Source: Trichoplax adhaerens (lineage: Eukaryota; Animalia; Placozoa). Taken from it: 64,000 bases of DNA. The stretch spans positions 1,667,576 through 1,731,575 of the forward strand of contig NW_002060947.1 of NCBI RefSeq assembly GCF_000150275.1. The letters run 5' to 3'. The notes below the pieces were generated by a model. The model saw only the letters and a program-made list of their open reading frames with translations. It searched no databases and was not told the DNA's origin. The translations under genes and the position numbers were made by a program. Shown here piece after piece: positions 1 through 12,611 of this stretch; the stretch's first letter is position 1, and the number at the start of each line of letters is the position of its first letter.

Positions 1-74
1 ATCAGCTAACAGTTTTTTTTGGTTTGTAACTTTTATTGATTGTAATCTAGTGATACATGAGCTCTAAAGGATAC

Positions 75-2751
75 CTAGATGAGATGGCGGTGGCCTTCCG
101 TTATTATCGTAGTCGAAGATAGCACTACTGTCATAGAATTGATTGTAGCCAGCTGAAAAAAGAGAATACAGTATATGTTATTAAGGTAAGAAACACTTGA
201 GTAATGTCTCAGCAAGTAGTTTCAAATACAAGCAAATTGATCTTAAGGTCAACAATGCTTCAACATATCCGTTAGTACCAAGCAAAGTAATTACAGCTAA
301 ATATCATTCGATGAAAGCTTAGCTTCTTCTGGTGGTCTTTGCATCGTAAAGTATGGCAATGATGAATCTAATATCTTGTCATAACTCACCTTCATACATG
401 TCGGTATAAGCACTGGTATTGTCTAAATTTAAATTGTTCATGCTATAATTGATATCTCCAGCATTGACCTACAAGTAAAAATAAACAGTTATCCAATAAG
501 ACTGGGAAGGGATTGAAAGTGTATTCTTCGCACATTATCCGAGCGGGCATGTAGTCTGTCGTCAAATTACTGTACACGTAGAATTATTGTGGGCAGTCTT
601 GAATTGCTGTTTTATCAATTTCATCATCAATCAAGGTAATACTGTAAGCGATTTAGCCTGTTTTGATAGTGTAACAGCTCAAATTAAAGCACCTTTCGTC
701 AGGTATCCAGTATTGCATAGACTATTTGGCAAAGACGGTGTTTATTCAATACTACCGTCTTGGCAAATGTCGATAATACAGGCGTTGGTAGAATCATCTT
801 TGATTTCTTGTCGTCATCATTTTTATTTGATTCAAGATGTTCATTGAACACTACCTTAGCTAGGGTATTGTCATGATTTCCTAGTTACTGGATGCATCTA
901 CCTCCTGTCCGGGCTATTGCCTATACACGAGCTACAGAGCTCATTGGAATACCCTTTTCGCTAGTGTATTCTAATGATTTAGTTTATTATTCGATGATGC
1001 ATCTACTAAGTCAATTTCGTTGTCGTGACTGCATCATTTGCATTTTACAGTTTATCCCTTTATGTTATTCATGTCCATTTCTTCTTGCTAATAATTGTAA
1101 CGCATTGATTTGATGCATCTGTAGTACTTATGTTGATGGGATCCATCATTACAGATATTGAAGGACTACATGCTGAATAAGAAGAATGTTTTCAAGGCAA
1201 TTTCCTACTTACCGAGTCACGGAAAAGTGAGCCATCTTCGCTGTTGGCCAGGTAAGATTGGCGTACATAGTCGAAAAAGAAGACATTATTATCAATTAAA
1301 TTGCAATTCATTTTCCACATCGATTAGTCAAGCAAAGAGACCAGTCGTGGGGCAAGAAGGAAATTCTATTCTACAGTAGACAGCCGTTGAAATTACTATC
1401 CTGCAATTTCTCTTTTGTGAATGACATTGGAGTGGTAATTTTTTGCACCGTTTATAGCATCAGAAGTAGTCATGCAATTTGTGTATGGTACCATAATCTA
1501 TACGTAGGATGATTAGCGTTGCAAATACATCCATCTCCTCTTTTATCAAGGGAATTTTTTCTACATTCTTTGCCATAACTATGCACAACCATAGCGCAGT
1601 CATGATGGCAGACTAGACGCTCTCTTGATTAGGTGTCAATATGTCATCAAGTGCGTCGCGGTATTTGAAAAATTTCCTTGTAGGCCGATGTATCTATCCT
1701 ATCTATCAGAGTCTATGTTATCAATTGGTGGCGTTGTTGATTAAGTTAAATTGGTCAAGTGTAAAGAGACATTCTGGATCATTGCCAGCCAAGCAAGCAA
1801 GAGCAATGTTGATATCGCACTTGACTATGTGCTTTAACCTTGATCTTCATGAATCAGCAAGTGCGATACTATGGATGATCAACAACAGCCAGTAAAACAA
1901 GTTAGAGCAAGTTGGAGAAACATGCCACATATGGCAGATAGCAATCGGTGAAGTCCTGGATACCGATAGCAGCGATAATTATCGCTGCTATCGATTTGCT
2001 CTAATTCTACAATTTGTACTAAACAAATTGTAAAAAGACGCAAATGGAGATAACTCCAAGGATGGAGATGAAGGAAAAATTTTGTTTTTCAAGGCTAACA
2101 AAGACATCGCTCCTACTGCATCGATGCATCATCATGGAGCAAAAATCATGTTTAAAGACTGGACATGGATAATTTACTCAACGATATAATGCATTAACAA
2201 AGTCGCAGTATGATGAGCATAGGATTAGTCGTCCATTTTTATACTAGTTGCAAAACTACAAAATGATGATGTACCGTAGCTGGTGTCGGCATGAATTACC
2301 AAGTGGAAATTCCACCATCTAATCATGATACAGTATATGATAATTTTACAGAATTCGCAGTGATAACCCAATACTCCACTAACCTGATATCCGAGTATAA
2401 AGCCATTGCAGATAAGAACTGGTCCTCTAACATTTTTTTGATGCGTAAACGTTCCGAATCAGGTTGGCGTTGATGGCCAACCAAGTGCTGATTCGTAGAA
2501 TTGTAATATCTAGTTTGAGGTTGTGGTCTTCGATGATAAAAATGATTGGGATTGACATGTTGAGGTTGGGAAAGTCTTTGCCATTCGGGATTGCCATTTA
2601 CGTAATGTCGTTGTCTCGAAAAATCTCGATCCAAACCTTGACGATAGTGAAATGATCGCAGTTTCGTTCTGACTGCAACTGCTGTTTTATAATCATTTTG
2701 ACGACGGAGTCTTTCACTGTACGAACTGACAATATTATTGATGATCGGCAT
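75..2751 (-). CDS. Unidentified multi-exon protein-coding gene, 5' portion (continues beyond the left edge). Inferred exons 2751-2384, 1240-1213, 468-390, 152-75
   Basis: Four exons with AG/GT boundaries join in one frame (intron phases 2,0,1,1): MPIINNIVSSYSERLRRQNDYK...MALYSDI-S-EDGSLFRDS-VNAGDINYSMNNLNLDNTSAYTDMYE-AGYNQFYDSSAIFDYDNNGRPPPSHL. An acceptor near 2762 and a donor near 3082 suggest a further 5'UTR exon. No family recognised. Confidence 0.65.
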
Positions 2752-5083
2752 ATCTCATTCGCTGAAAAAAAGAGAAATCACAAGGATGGATTTAATTCCA
2801 TGACAACACATCCAATTGAATAGTTATAACGATTACTCTTACACATTATACTACTGTACAATAATCAAAATCCACTTGGCTTTCATAGGGAATCGCCTTC
2901 AATCGAGTAGGATCAGAATTTGAGTTTGTTTGCATGTAGCAAAGCGGCAGTGTTGAAGTGGTCATACAAGCAAGAGCAGAATATTCAAGGGGCCCATCCT
3001 ACTATTAATGTTAATTTAGCTCCACTCTCCAGCTGACTTTAGTACCCGTAGACTACGAAGGGAAAGAAAGAGTTACTTTTACCTTTAAGCCACCCAAAAA
3101 GCTTACTAAGGTAATCGAGTTGGATTGCTATGCTCGATACAACTATGGATCGCTTTTATTGACGATCGTGAAGAATGTCCGCTTCAAGTCGTCAGCAAGA
3201 GTTATCCAAACCGACTGTACGATTTAATTTAAAAAGTAAACAGCATGAAAAAGAAAGACGGATGAAGAGTAGATTTCAATGGCGACAGCTTGGCCACTTA
3301 CTTTGGTGGTTATCTTAATGGGAGAAACAGTTTCTACTGCTGTTTATTGAAGTTGATGACATAAGACTAGTAGACATTTTTAACTTCATCATGGCACACA
3401 GTGGACTAAACTTTTCAAAAAGTCAACATCACTGCAAGGGGTCTTTCTTGCAATAGTATTGATCAATACCATGAGTAATCATGACGATTGATATTGCCAT
3501 ATTGAAAATCTTGTCTTTCGGCACAGATAGACGACACACTGTGGTCGAACGATGTTATACTGTACACTATACGAAAATCGAGCAATAGTGCAGTATCATC
3601 ATTCTTGGGGAGAATTCGCTTGCTGTCAAAAAATCAATCAATCAAGCGACAACAAAATGCTGTTTATACTACAAGTGTTGCAAGCAATCCATTTTCAATC
3701 ATTTCATATTTGACATTACTATTTGCGCATTTAGATAGGTAAGACGAATGGGCTGTATCCTGTTTTATAAATGATGATTCTTGATAACTTTTCACGGGCA
3801 TCTTAGTATGGTATAAAGGCATTTTAAATAGGCTACTTTTACTGTACTGTATATCCAATCATCATCATTTTTATCAAGTAATGTACAAAGAGAATACAAA
3901 TATTGTAAGCCATGGAAGATCGCGCAGTCTTGCTTGTATTAGCTCATCACGAATAATGAATGATATTACCAATTTACTGGTATGTACAGTAATATGGTTG
4001 GGTCTAGTGGGCAGTGATGACAATTTTGGAGCATCATTTTACTATATCTTAACATAGAATTAAAGAGGGATCTATATGTTATCACGTCGACGTCGATCAT
4101 GGAGGTAACTCAATGTTCTTTTACCTCCATGATGTAGAACGAACAATCATCCAAGTCAGTAATAACTATATTTGAAAAAAAAATGATACTATTACAACTC
4201 CTTGAAGGTCGCACAATGTTTCTTGTTTTAGTGCATTACTAGTATCAGCAGTATGAGCAATAGCAATAATAATTTGAAGGATCATGTTGCTCTCATGAGC
4301 ATAAAATTGGAAATTCTTCTACTGTATGTGATGGGGATCTCCATCCAAGAAAGATAATGTAGGACAATTATCATCATCATCAAGTAATAATAAAAAATGA
4401 GTACAATCCATTCAAGGTCGCACAATCTTTGTTGTACTAGTCCATCACTAATATCAACCATGATGACTGTTTTTTTAAGGATCATCTTGCTACAATTTAA
4501 AATTCTCCTTCTTCTGTGTAAAGATGATGTACATTGTACACTAAATGTCCAGTAGATGATTTCTTGCCTACGTCTACAGTCTTCAACTGGAAAAGATTTT
4601 GATATAGCAGTCTACCTTCTCTACAATTATTTCAATGTGAATTTATTCAGGTACTGTGGTCAACCATCCTCCTACAAGATGGTTGTTAAGCATTAAAGAT
4701 TGCCGTAGAATGCTCAATTTACCCTCCTTTAACGCCTATTCCGATAGGGTTATTCTCGATAGCAGCAATGACGGATTCTTCTCCACTTGTCGGATCTGGC
4801 GTAGCCAAAAGCTTTCCTTCTCTCTCTCTCTCCTGAATAATCTGAACAACTAACGCTAAGACGACAAACGTTGCAGCACCACCAGCACTGATCTCCAGTA
4901 CTGCACAGTGTTGATCATCGACTACACGATTAAATGGAAGCAATCGACTGGCGATGATGGAAAGCAGATGGAATTATTGAGGGATGCAATTTTTTTCTTG
5001 TCTTGATGGCTGAAATTCCTACCATAACATTGGCCAGGAAGGTTTTGCCCTTGCAGTCCTTGACTCCTTCTTTCTGAGGGCAT

Positions 5084-5209
5084 CGTACCGTACCGGATCG
5101 ATACGGTATCGTACGATACGGTATCGTACGATACGGTATCATACGGCACGGTACGGTACAGCGCGGTACGGTACAGCGCGGTACGGTACAGCACGGTACG
5201 GTACCGTAT
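5084..5209. repeat. CpG-rich pentamer-based microsatellite (TACGG/TACCG/TACAG/TATCG units) with 15-bp higher-order repeats
   Basis: gatacggtatcgtac about x3, followed by cggtacggtacagcg about x3. Confidence 0.9.
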
Positions 5210-5231
5210 GTTGGCCAGGGCCCGAAGTCGC

Positions 5232-5778
5232 ATCCAGACAAAATCCAGCGATTCACAATATGTATCATTAGCAAGGCAAAAATAACTCTAGTCATCCAGA
5301 CAAAATCCAGCGATTTATAATATGTATAATTAGCAATGCAAAGTAACTCTAGTCATGCATAATTAGCAAGGCAAGATAGCTCTATTCATCCAGACAAAAT
5401 CCAGCGATTCATAATATGTACAGTATAATTAGCAAGGCAAAATCATTCTAGTCATGCATAATTAGCTAGGCAAAATAACTCTAGTCATCCAGATAAAATC
5501 CAGCGATTCATAATATGTACAGTATAATTAGCAAGGCAAAGTCACTCTAGTCATGCATAATTAGCTAGGCAAAATAACTCTAGTCATCCAGATAAAATTC
5601 AGCGATTCATAATATGTACAGTATAATTAGCAAGGCAAAGTCACTCTAGTCATGCATAATTAGCTAGGCAAAGTAACTCTAGTCATGCATAATTAGCTAG
5701 GCAAAATAACTCGAGTCATCCAGACAAAATCCAGCGATTCATAATATGCATAATTAGCAAGGCAAAATAACTCTAGTA
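5232..5778. repeat. Composite tandem array of ~63-68-bp and ~31-bp units (99-bp higher-order period in the middle)
   Basis: Repeated catccagacaaaatccagcgattcataatatgta(cagta)taattagcaaggcaaaataactctagt and catgcataattagctaggcaaaataactctagt. Landmarks at 5419, 5518 and 5617 are 99 bp apart. Confidence 0.95.
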
Positions 5779-5988
5779 ATCCATTGATCAAACACTTGGA
5801 ATGTCTGTTCTATTGATTGTTGACATACCGTGTACAATACTTCGAAGTGGGTTGACAAATCCATGTAGTCATCGATGGCGTTGCTACACAACAGCAGTGA
5901 GTAATTATTGGAATACTGTGTCCAGTACGGGCGTACTGGATTGGACAAGAGGAAATATTGATTCTGTACACTATACTTTAAGCAATCA

Positions 5989-6372
5989 AAGACAGTATTA
6001 CGTAACCATCCCCCCTAAAAATAAAGTAATAATTATCATGGGCAAAGAAACAAGGACAACCTGGAAAGAGGTAACAATCCATTAGCTTGTCCAGTTTCTT
6101 CATTTCCCCCCGACTCTTTCTCCTCCTTCAATAAATCATTATCAATGGCTGAGGTGATTTCGGCTAAAATACAGGATGTGATTACCAGCAAACTAAGACA
6201 GTATTACGTAAGCGTCAAAAAAATAATGAATGATCATGGACAAAGAAACAAGGACAATATGGAAAGCGGTAGCAATCCACTAGCTTGTCCAGCTTTTTGA
6301 TTTCCCCGACTCTTTCTCCTCCTTCAGTATATCAATATCAATTGCTGAGGTAATTTTGGCTAAAATACAAGA
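5989..6372. repeat. Diverged direct duplication, ~207-bp period
   Basis: aagacagtattacgtaa...caaagaaacaaggacaa...gactctttctcctccttca...ggctaaaataca begins at 5989 and again at 6196. Confidence 0.85.
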
Positions 6373-8079
6373 CAATCATCATCAACTGTTGCCGCCTTTG
6401 TGGCGGCTACATAAAGAGCAAAAAGATCAACTTTGCCACTGCATGATGAGACATCTAAAGTTTGGACTCCGCTTTGATCAGTGCTGTCCTGCTGCATACA
6501 GCATTTCTACTCTAGTGGATCAACGACGTTTTGGCCACAGTAGACTTTCATATCGTAAAATTTTCTTTCCCTTAGTTGCTGAATCAATTTGTAATCTACG
6601 TCCTCATATGATTCTTCCCACAATATAAATCGAAATGATAATTGCTTTGTATCAGACAAAGACGATATTGTTCTGCTATGCAATATCGATTGAGCATTGA
6701 TCTATACCCGCATCAAGGTTGAAACGACTCTGATCAAGAGTTCTGCTGTCTCTGATTCATGCATACGCGTATATCATGAGGTATCAACACCAATAAAATT
6801 GGATAAACGCACCAATTAAATTGGATAAGCTACTACACTATTGATTATTTTATCCATTCGTTTGAGGGAAGAGACAAGACTCCACCTTACCTCGATGACC
6901 ATATATATACAAAGAGGATGAAATTACAAGGTGGACAGGACTACAGTACAGCACCAGTAGGAACTACTCAACATTCCTACATCAAAATAAACTCATTCGC
7001 CTAATCTAAAATGATCTGAAATACGGATTGGGAGAGTGTGGGTTGTAGTTTGTGGATCATCCATGAACGACGGTCAAGTTTTCTCTTGCAATTTAGTCTA
7101 GTCACAACTACGTACTGTATGCCATCGACTACTACTATATCGTAATGACAGTGGGATTGCTCTTCTTGTAAAACCCTAATGATAGTAAACTTATTCTACA
7201 GTCAGGTCAGGGACTTCGAACAAGGATTTTCCCTTTTAATTCATGAATTAACTTAGAACTCCCTGATCAAGTACTGCAAATTGATTGAAAAAAATGACGT
7301 CATTGACTGAGCGAATTTCATACTACTCTATTACCTACAGTAGCTTTGTTGGCAGCTCCAGGTGATCTTTAAAAGTACAGTATTTCAAATAGTTTAATTC
7401 ATCTCTTACTCTTTGCAACATCAGAGTCTTTCATCGTATCGATAAGCAATGTCTTTCTTCATCCAACATCAGGCAGAAACTGGCCCTAACTCCGCCAGTT
7501 ATTCCTTTTCCTACGTATGACGACAAACTCGCATAAACTCGAAAGTAATGTCCTTCAGACACCAAACATAACCATTTCTATATCAGTAATGTGACCATAA
7601 AGTAGCGCTAAATTTATCATAGTAAGGCTTATAAGAAGAATTTTGCTAATGATGATATGGTTAGTAATTAAATACTACAGTTAGGGTATTTTAAGCTATG
7701 GAAAAATGGCAAAAATAATTTCATCACCATTTTGGAAATGACATTTAGCCAGATTTTACCATGTTCCATGCAAACTTCCATACACTGTTGTTGATCACAT
7801 CGACCTGTTTGATACGTTATCCTCGCATATTAGACTTGGCTTCCTTTTGCTTGCTCAAATACGGACTGACAGAATTCCTACAGTACTGAATGGACCCTAC
7901 TACAGTACAAAGTATTGTAACCCATACCTATACACTGTACCCATACATCGGCCTGGAGCTGCCATGGCAATCACACCCAGGCGGACTATCCTTAATCCAT
8001 AAAGGTTAAGGCTCTTCCTGCAGCCCTTTACAACGTTGCATTTCTCAAATCATGAACAATCTCCCGGTCTACTGACTCA

Positions 8080-11000
8080 ATGAACATGGTGGTATCAACA
8101 GCAGACGTGTGCTACTTGATATTAGGTAAGTTGATGTAATAGTATAGGTTACTATTGACCAGAAATTATTATCTGATCGTGGCCAATTTGTCAAACCTTC
8201 TTGCTGGTCTATTTTTGTAAATATTGGAGGTGCTGTCATCGTTGTTCAACTTGATTGCCATACGAGTGCACAAATAGGCTGTAACTAGGGACTTCTAAGA
8301 GAGCTTCCTCTTAAAAGTGCCTGGACTGGTCTTGCAATGCTCATCGGATAGGTTATAACACGTCGATGATTATTCTATGTGATGGATTTGTTTATGGCAA
8401 TCATTTCTTTCGAACAGGAGGTTATCAATATTATCCTGCTATGCAATGTTGTACTGTAGGATACAACGTTTTGATACAACATCATGCCATGGCAAGACTC
8501 CACTGCAACTCAAGTACATAGGAACGATTGTAGTTTTTGCAATCAACTCTTTAATATCCCTCATTTTTTTAATCATACTGTACTACAATGCTCGACCTAA
8601 TGGATTGCGGTCAATAACTAGTCAGGATAGAATTTACTAAAATGAACGATATACCGTAGGCAAACCTGCAATCAGTAACAATTTGAGCATAGCTAAACTG
8701 ATACATATAATTGACGTTCTTTTCCAACAGTAAACGGAAGTCATTGCGATTGTTATTATTTGTAGCAGATAAAGACCAATTGATGTGGAATGAAAATGAC
8801 AGTATGGACTGGCATGATCAACGCAGTTGTTTATAATTCTTAAACTCTTATCTTCTCAGTCCATTTTACAGAGTCAATATAAATTGTAGACTACAACTGA
8901 AGACAACAATCTTATTTTCAGTCATGTAGTGGCGTTATCGTCCAAAGAAAATTGCTTTAATAAACACTTTATAAAGATAACTACCAATTTTACACCTTGA
9001 TAATACTGTCAACTAGCCTACCTTGAAATAACTATACTTTTCATTTTGTAGATTATTTACAATTCAATGGGTGGCAAAAGAGTTTCGAAATCTTCTACCA
9101 GGAATGTCCACACTTTAGGAATGAAACTCAACAACAGGTTGGCAAGATCGTATAAGATAGGAGTAGAATAGAAAAGAGCTGACTTCTGCTTCAAGTACTC
9201 TACTGTCGTCAGCCACTACAGTACGCCTACAAGACGTCCAATCTTTATTAATAAAGACAGTATTATTAGCTGTCGCTTTCAATATCTCGAGAATTAATAA
9301 TTAGTAAGAGCTTCAACATTATGCTTACATACATTATTTTATAGCTAAATATGTCCATTTCATTCGTAACAATCTAATGATCTGTTATGTTTTTTCCATT
9401 ATGTCTAATGAAATCTTATAAATATATCTAAAAAATGACAGGATTTATTCGATCGGAGGAATTTACAAGACATTGTACAGGGATTCGCTGACGTTTTAAT
9501 CCAAGGTAAGATAGTCTTATAATGTACTACCCTATTGTATAATAAGATACATTTATTGACAAGTACTCTCAATGGATTGGGATCATACGTACAGGATATG
9601 GTCTTCAAGGCAATTTTCCTATTTCGTTTACCATTAACTTATAATTACAGGTTGTTCTTTGGAATGTATGAAACTTTCCTTGAGCAGATGTAGATTCTTA
9701 AAAATTCTATAATACAGAAACGCCGCAATACTAGTGATATGATTTACGTTTAATTTGATAATGTCTAAACAATGAGCTGTAATAGCATAGTCGGTTATCA
9801 TTTTATCATCGATACTTTAGAACAGCCGATGCCTCCATTCAGAATAGGTACCTTTATATCTATATTGCGCAGGCATTTATCATATATCAACATGAAGTAA
9901 AATACAGTATTAACGATTCTCCTATTAAATGAAGTATAGCCATGTTATGCTATTTAGAATGTAATAGCCTAATTTTTATAATGATGTTATCCATTTTTTT
10001 ATCCAAATCTTAGGCAATACAGCCAGACAACCGCAAAGTAACGCTGTCGTACTCGACAGCCTTTGGAAAAAATTTGACGATATTGTCAGTCAAATAAAGT
10101 TAGTTTTAATAGATCAATATAAACGTTTCAAATTGCATGCAGTAAAATTCCTGAAATAAATTTAAGACTGTTCAAACTTGTCTAAACATTGCTTCTTTAA
10201 TAATTCAACGAGAGATCCTATTAAACAATAAGGAGCTATTACCAACTGCTACAATTTCTCCATTAATAGACATACATCGCGAAAGTCCTTCATCAAATCT
10301 GTAGAACATCCGACTTCTTCTCAACGAGGTAAATCTTAGCTTTCTCTTACTACGCAATTAAATGTATAAATTTGATTATTACGGAATCCAGTAAGAATTA
10401 TTCACTTAATTCTTTCGTTACCCCTATAACTGTAAAAAATTTGACATAGTCATAAACGAATAATTGTGAAATAATTATGTAACAAACTAAATATTTATAC
10501 TTTTACGTTACGTATACGTGAATTGAACGGCTATAGATTACTATAATACGATGACTACAATTGACTTCACGAAAGCATTCCTTTTTTTCTGCAAATAATG
10601 CTAGTTCGTACCAGGCAAGGACTAAATAAGCGGCGCATTGTACCACTAAAAATATCAACTGCAATGAATGACAGCCCTAACAGTGATAGTGGCGGTTCTA
10701 CTGCTATTCCACTAGCTAAGAGAACTCTATATTCATTAGATTCTACATCGCCTATTAAGACATTAGTCAATGTTGCTAGTGATATGTACAATGAAGCTTA
10801 TCAACATAGCGAAGAAACTTCAGAATTGATCCGTAGCGGCTATGGATCACCAAAGCGAAAGAAGTAGGTCAAAATGTACACTCTATGGACAAGCCAAGTT
10901 TATCTGTAAATCGCTATAGAAATTATTAATCATAACCAGTTTACCTTATTTCGATTTCTTAATTTAAAAATTGAAAGGTTTATGCCCCGCAAAAGACATA

Positions 11001-12611
11001 CAATAGAACGAATTCCGGACAGGAATGAGTAAGTTGAAGAATTTAATCAGTCTCAGTGTATTTCCGTCTCGATATTACTACTAAATAGTGTAACTTTGTG
11101 CGATCTACGAGATATCTTGTTACCTATTTTATATGACTGAAGAGACCAATTATATTTAATCAACCACAAATAGTAATGCTAGCATATTGGTTTAACTTAT
11201 AAAATTGTGATTATTTTCTAGGCAAGTGGTTGCAGATTCTGAGATGCCACAACATATTATAGAAACTCTACTCGAAAATACTGAATTACAACAAAGATTA
11301 GCTAGTAATATCAACAAAGTAGTATATAGGTAATAATAATATGCTACATGATTTTACTGTTTAAAGTAGTTGCATTTCAATGCATGCATGAAAATTATAA
11401 TAAAGATTTTTGTGTATTAGCTCTAAAGATGATCCTGCCATCATAAGTGAAGCCCCTTTAGAAAAAGATAATGTTACGACAGATATTGCAGGTACGTCGG
11501 AAAACAATAACGACATTATTTCAAGTCTGCCGTCGAATGCTTCCGTAGAAAATGAGGTATTTAACTATTGATTTAATATCAATCTGATTTTCCAGTCCCT
11601 ATAAATTAATCATTACAGTTTATTTAATTACTTTACATGTCAGGTTAAAGATTATAACTTATCAAGTGATGCTGTAAGCAATATCGTTGAATTGACTGAA
11701 TCCGATCCAGCATTTGATCAATTGCTGGCTATACTCGGTTAGTATGAAAAACATTATTTTTCTACACATGTCAGTAAAAAGCATTACGGATTACGTAATA
11801 ATATTTATAAATCATTGAAATAAGGAGGTATCGTCTATGATTCATTATGATTTCGTAGATACTGTTCAAGTTACTTTAACTCCAGACGTCAAATCTACTA
11901 ATGAATCGTGTCAAACAGTATCACTACAAGGTTTGAGACATCCACCCAAACTAACCTTGCGTCATAAAACACTTATGACTTACCTTAACTTTGCTACTAT
12001 GTGATTTTATTGCGGATGTATGAATCTATGTAAAATTTTAAGCGCTTTGATAATAAATGACTAGCTAAATTTTAATTGCCCATAACTAATTTTAGGTGAA
12101 GATCATCTGCAAACCGAAGGTGCCTCGAACGATGATATGCTGATGTCTATAAAAAGAAAATTATCTGACAATCACGTTCGAAAATTGTCTTTTGATGTAA
12201 ATAATAAAAAATCACCACATGATAAGATGGAACATTTAAATCGAAACGAAAATAATAATATCAACGATGAAGAAAATATGACTGCGATGGAAGAACAAAC
12301 TGCAACTAATGAGCTACATGTTATCGGCGATAAATTTTCCGAATCAGATGATTTGAGTGAACACCACGAAGAAAAGGAATCTCCTCCTGTGGTAATAAGA
12401 GTTTTAAATTCATGTTATGTAGCATATCAATTATGTCAGCTTGCTTTTTCAGATAAGCAAATCGTACTTGACGGTCGATTTGATTTTCAGTGCTGTATTT
12501 TACTTGTAGAGATCGGATCAAAACGTAACTGCCGACGGCAGCAACATGAAAATTTTTCCTACTGGACTAGATGTTGAAAATTTTCTCTCCAAATTACAGT
12601 ATACAGAATAA
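8080..12611 (+). CDS. NPAT: NPAT-like histone locus body scaffold (N-terminal LisH), ~14 exons, ~490 aa
   Basis: Spliced N-terminus MNMVVSTADVCYLILDYLQFNGWQKSFEIFYQECPHF resembles NPAT MLLPSDVARLVLGYLQ. Internal SLWKKFDDIVSQIK and LQQRLASNINK match NPAT blocks. C-terminus FPTGLDVENFLSKLQYTE* matches NPAT FPAGMDVDKFLLSLHYDE. ORF-track entries 10598-10867 and 12137-12577 are exons of it. Confidence 0.85.

Noticed and set aside
4200-4495. Degenerate ~210-bp duplication (aaggtcgcacaat...aaggatcat)
   Set aside because: Real but short and diverged, with no evidence of function or element structure.
4719-4943. Possible extra exon of the minus-strand gene (ORF ending near a gtaaat donor)
   Set aside because: No recognisable homology, and no frame-consistent link to downstream exons could be shown.
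5030-5219. 9-bp direct repeats ttggccagg as a target-site duplication
   Set aside because: No terminal inverted repeats or poly-A between them, so an insertion cannot be supported.
4922-5295. ORFs with RTALY/TVPRC repeats
   Set aside because: Translations of the 15-bp microsatellite.
7968-7971. RFX X-box-like gctgccatggcaat (ending ~7971) upstream of NPAT
   Set aside because: Two mismatches at key terminal positions, and no independent support.
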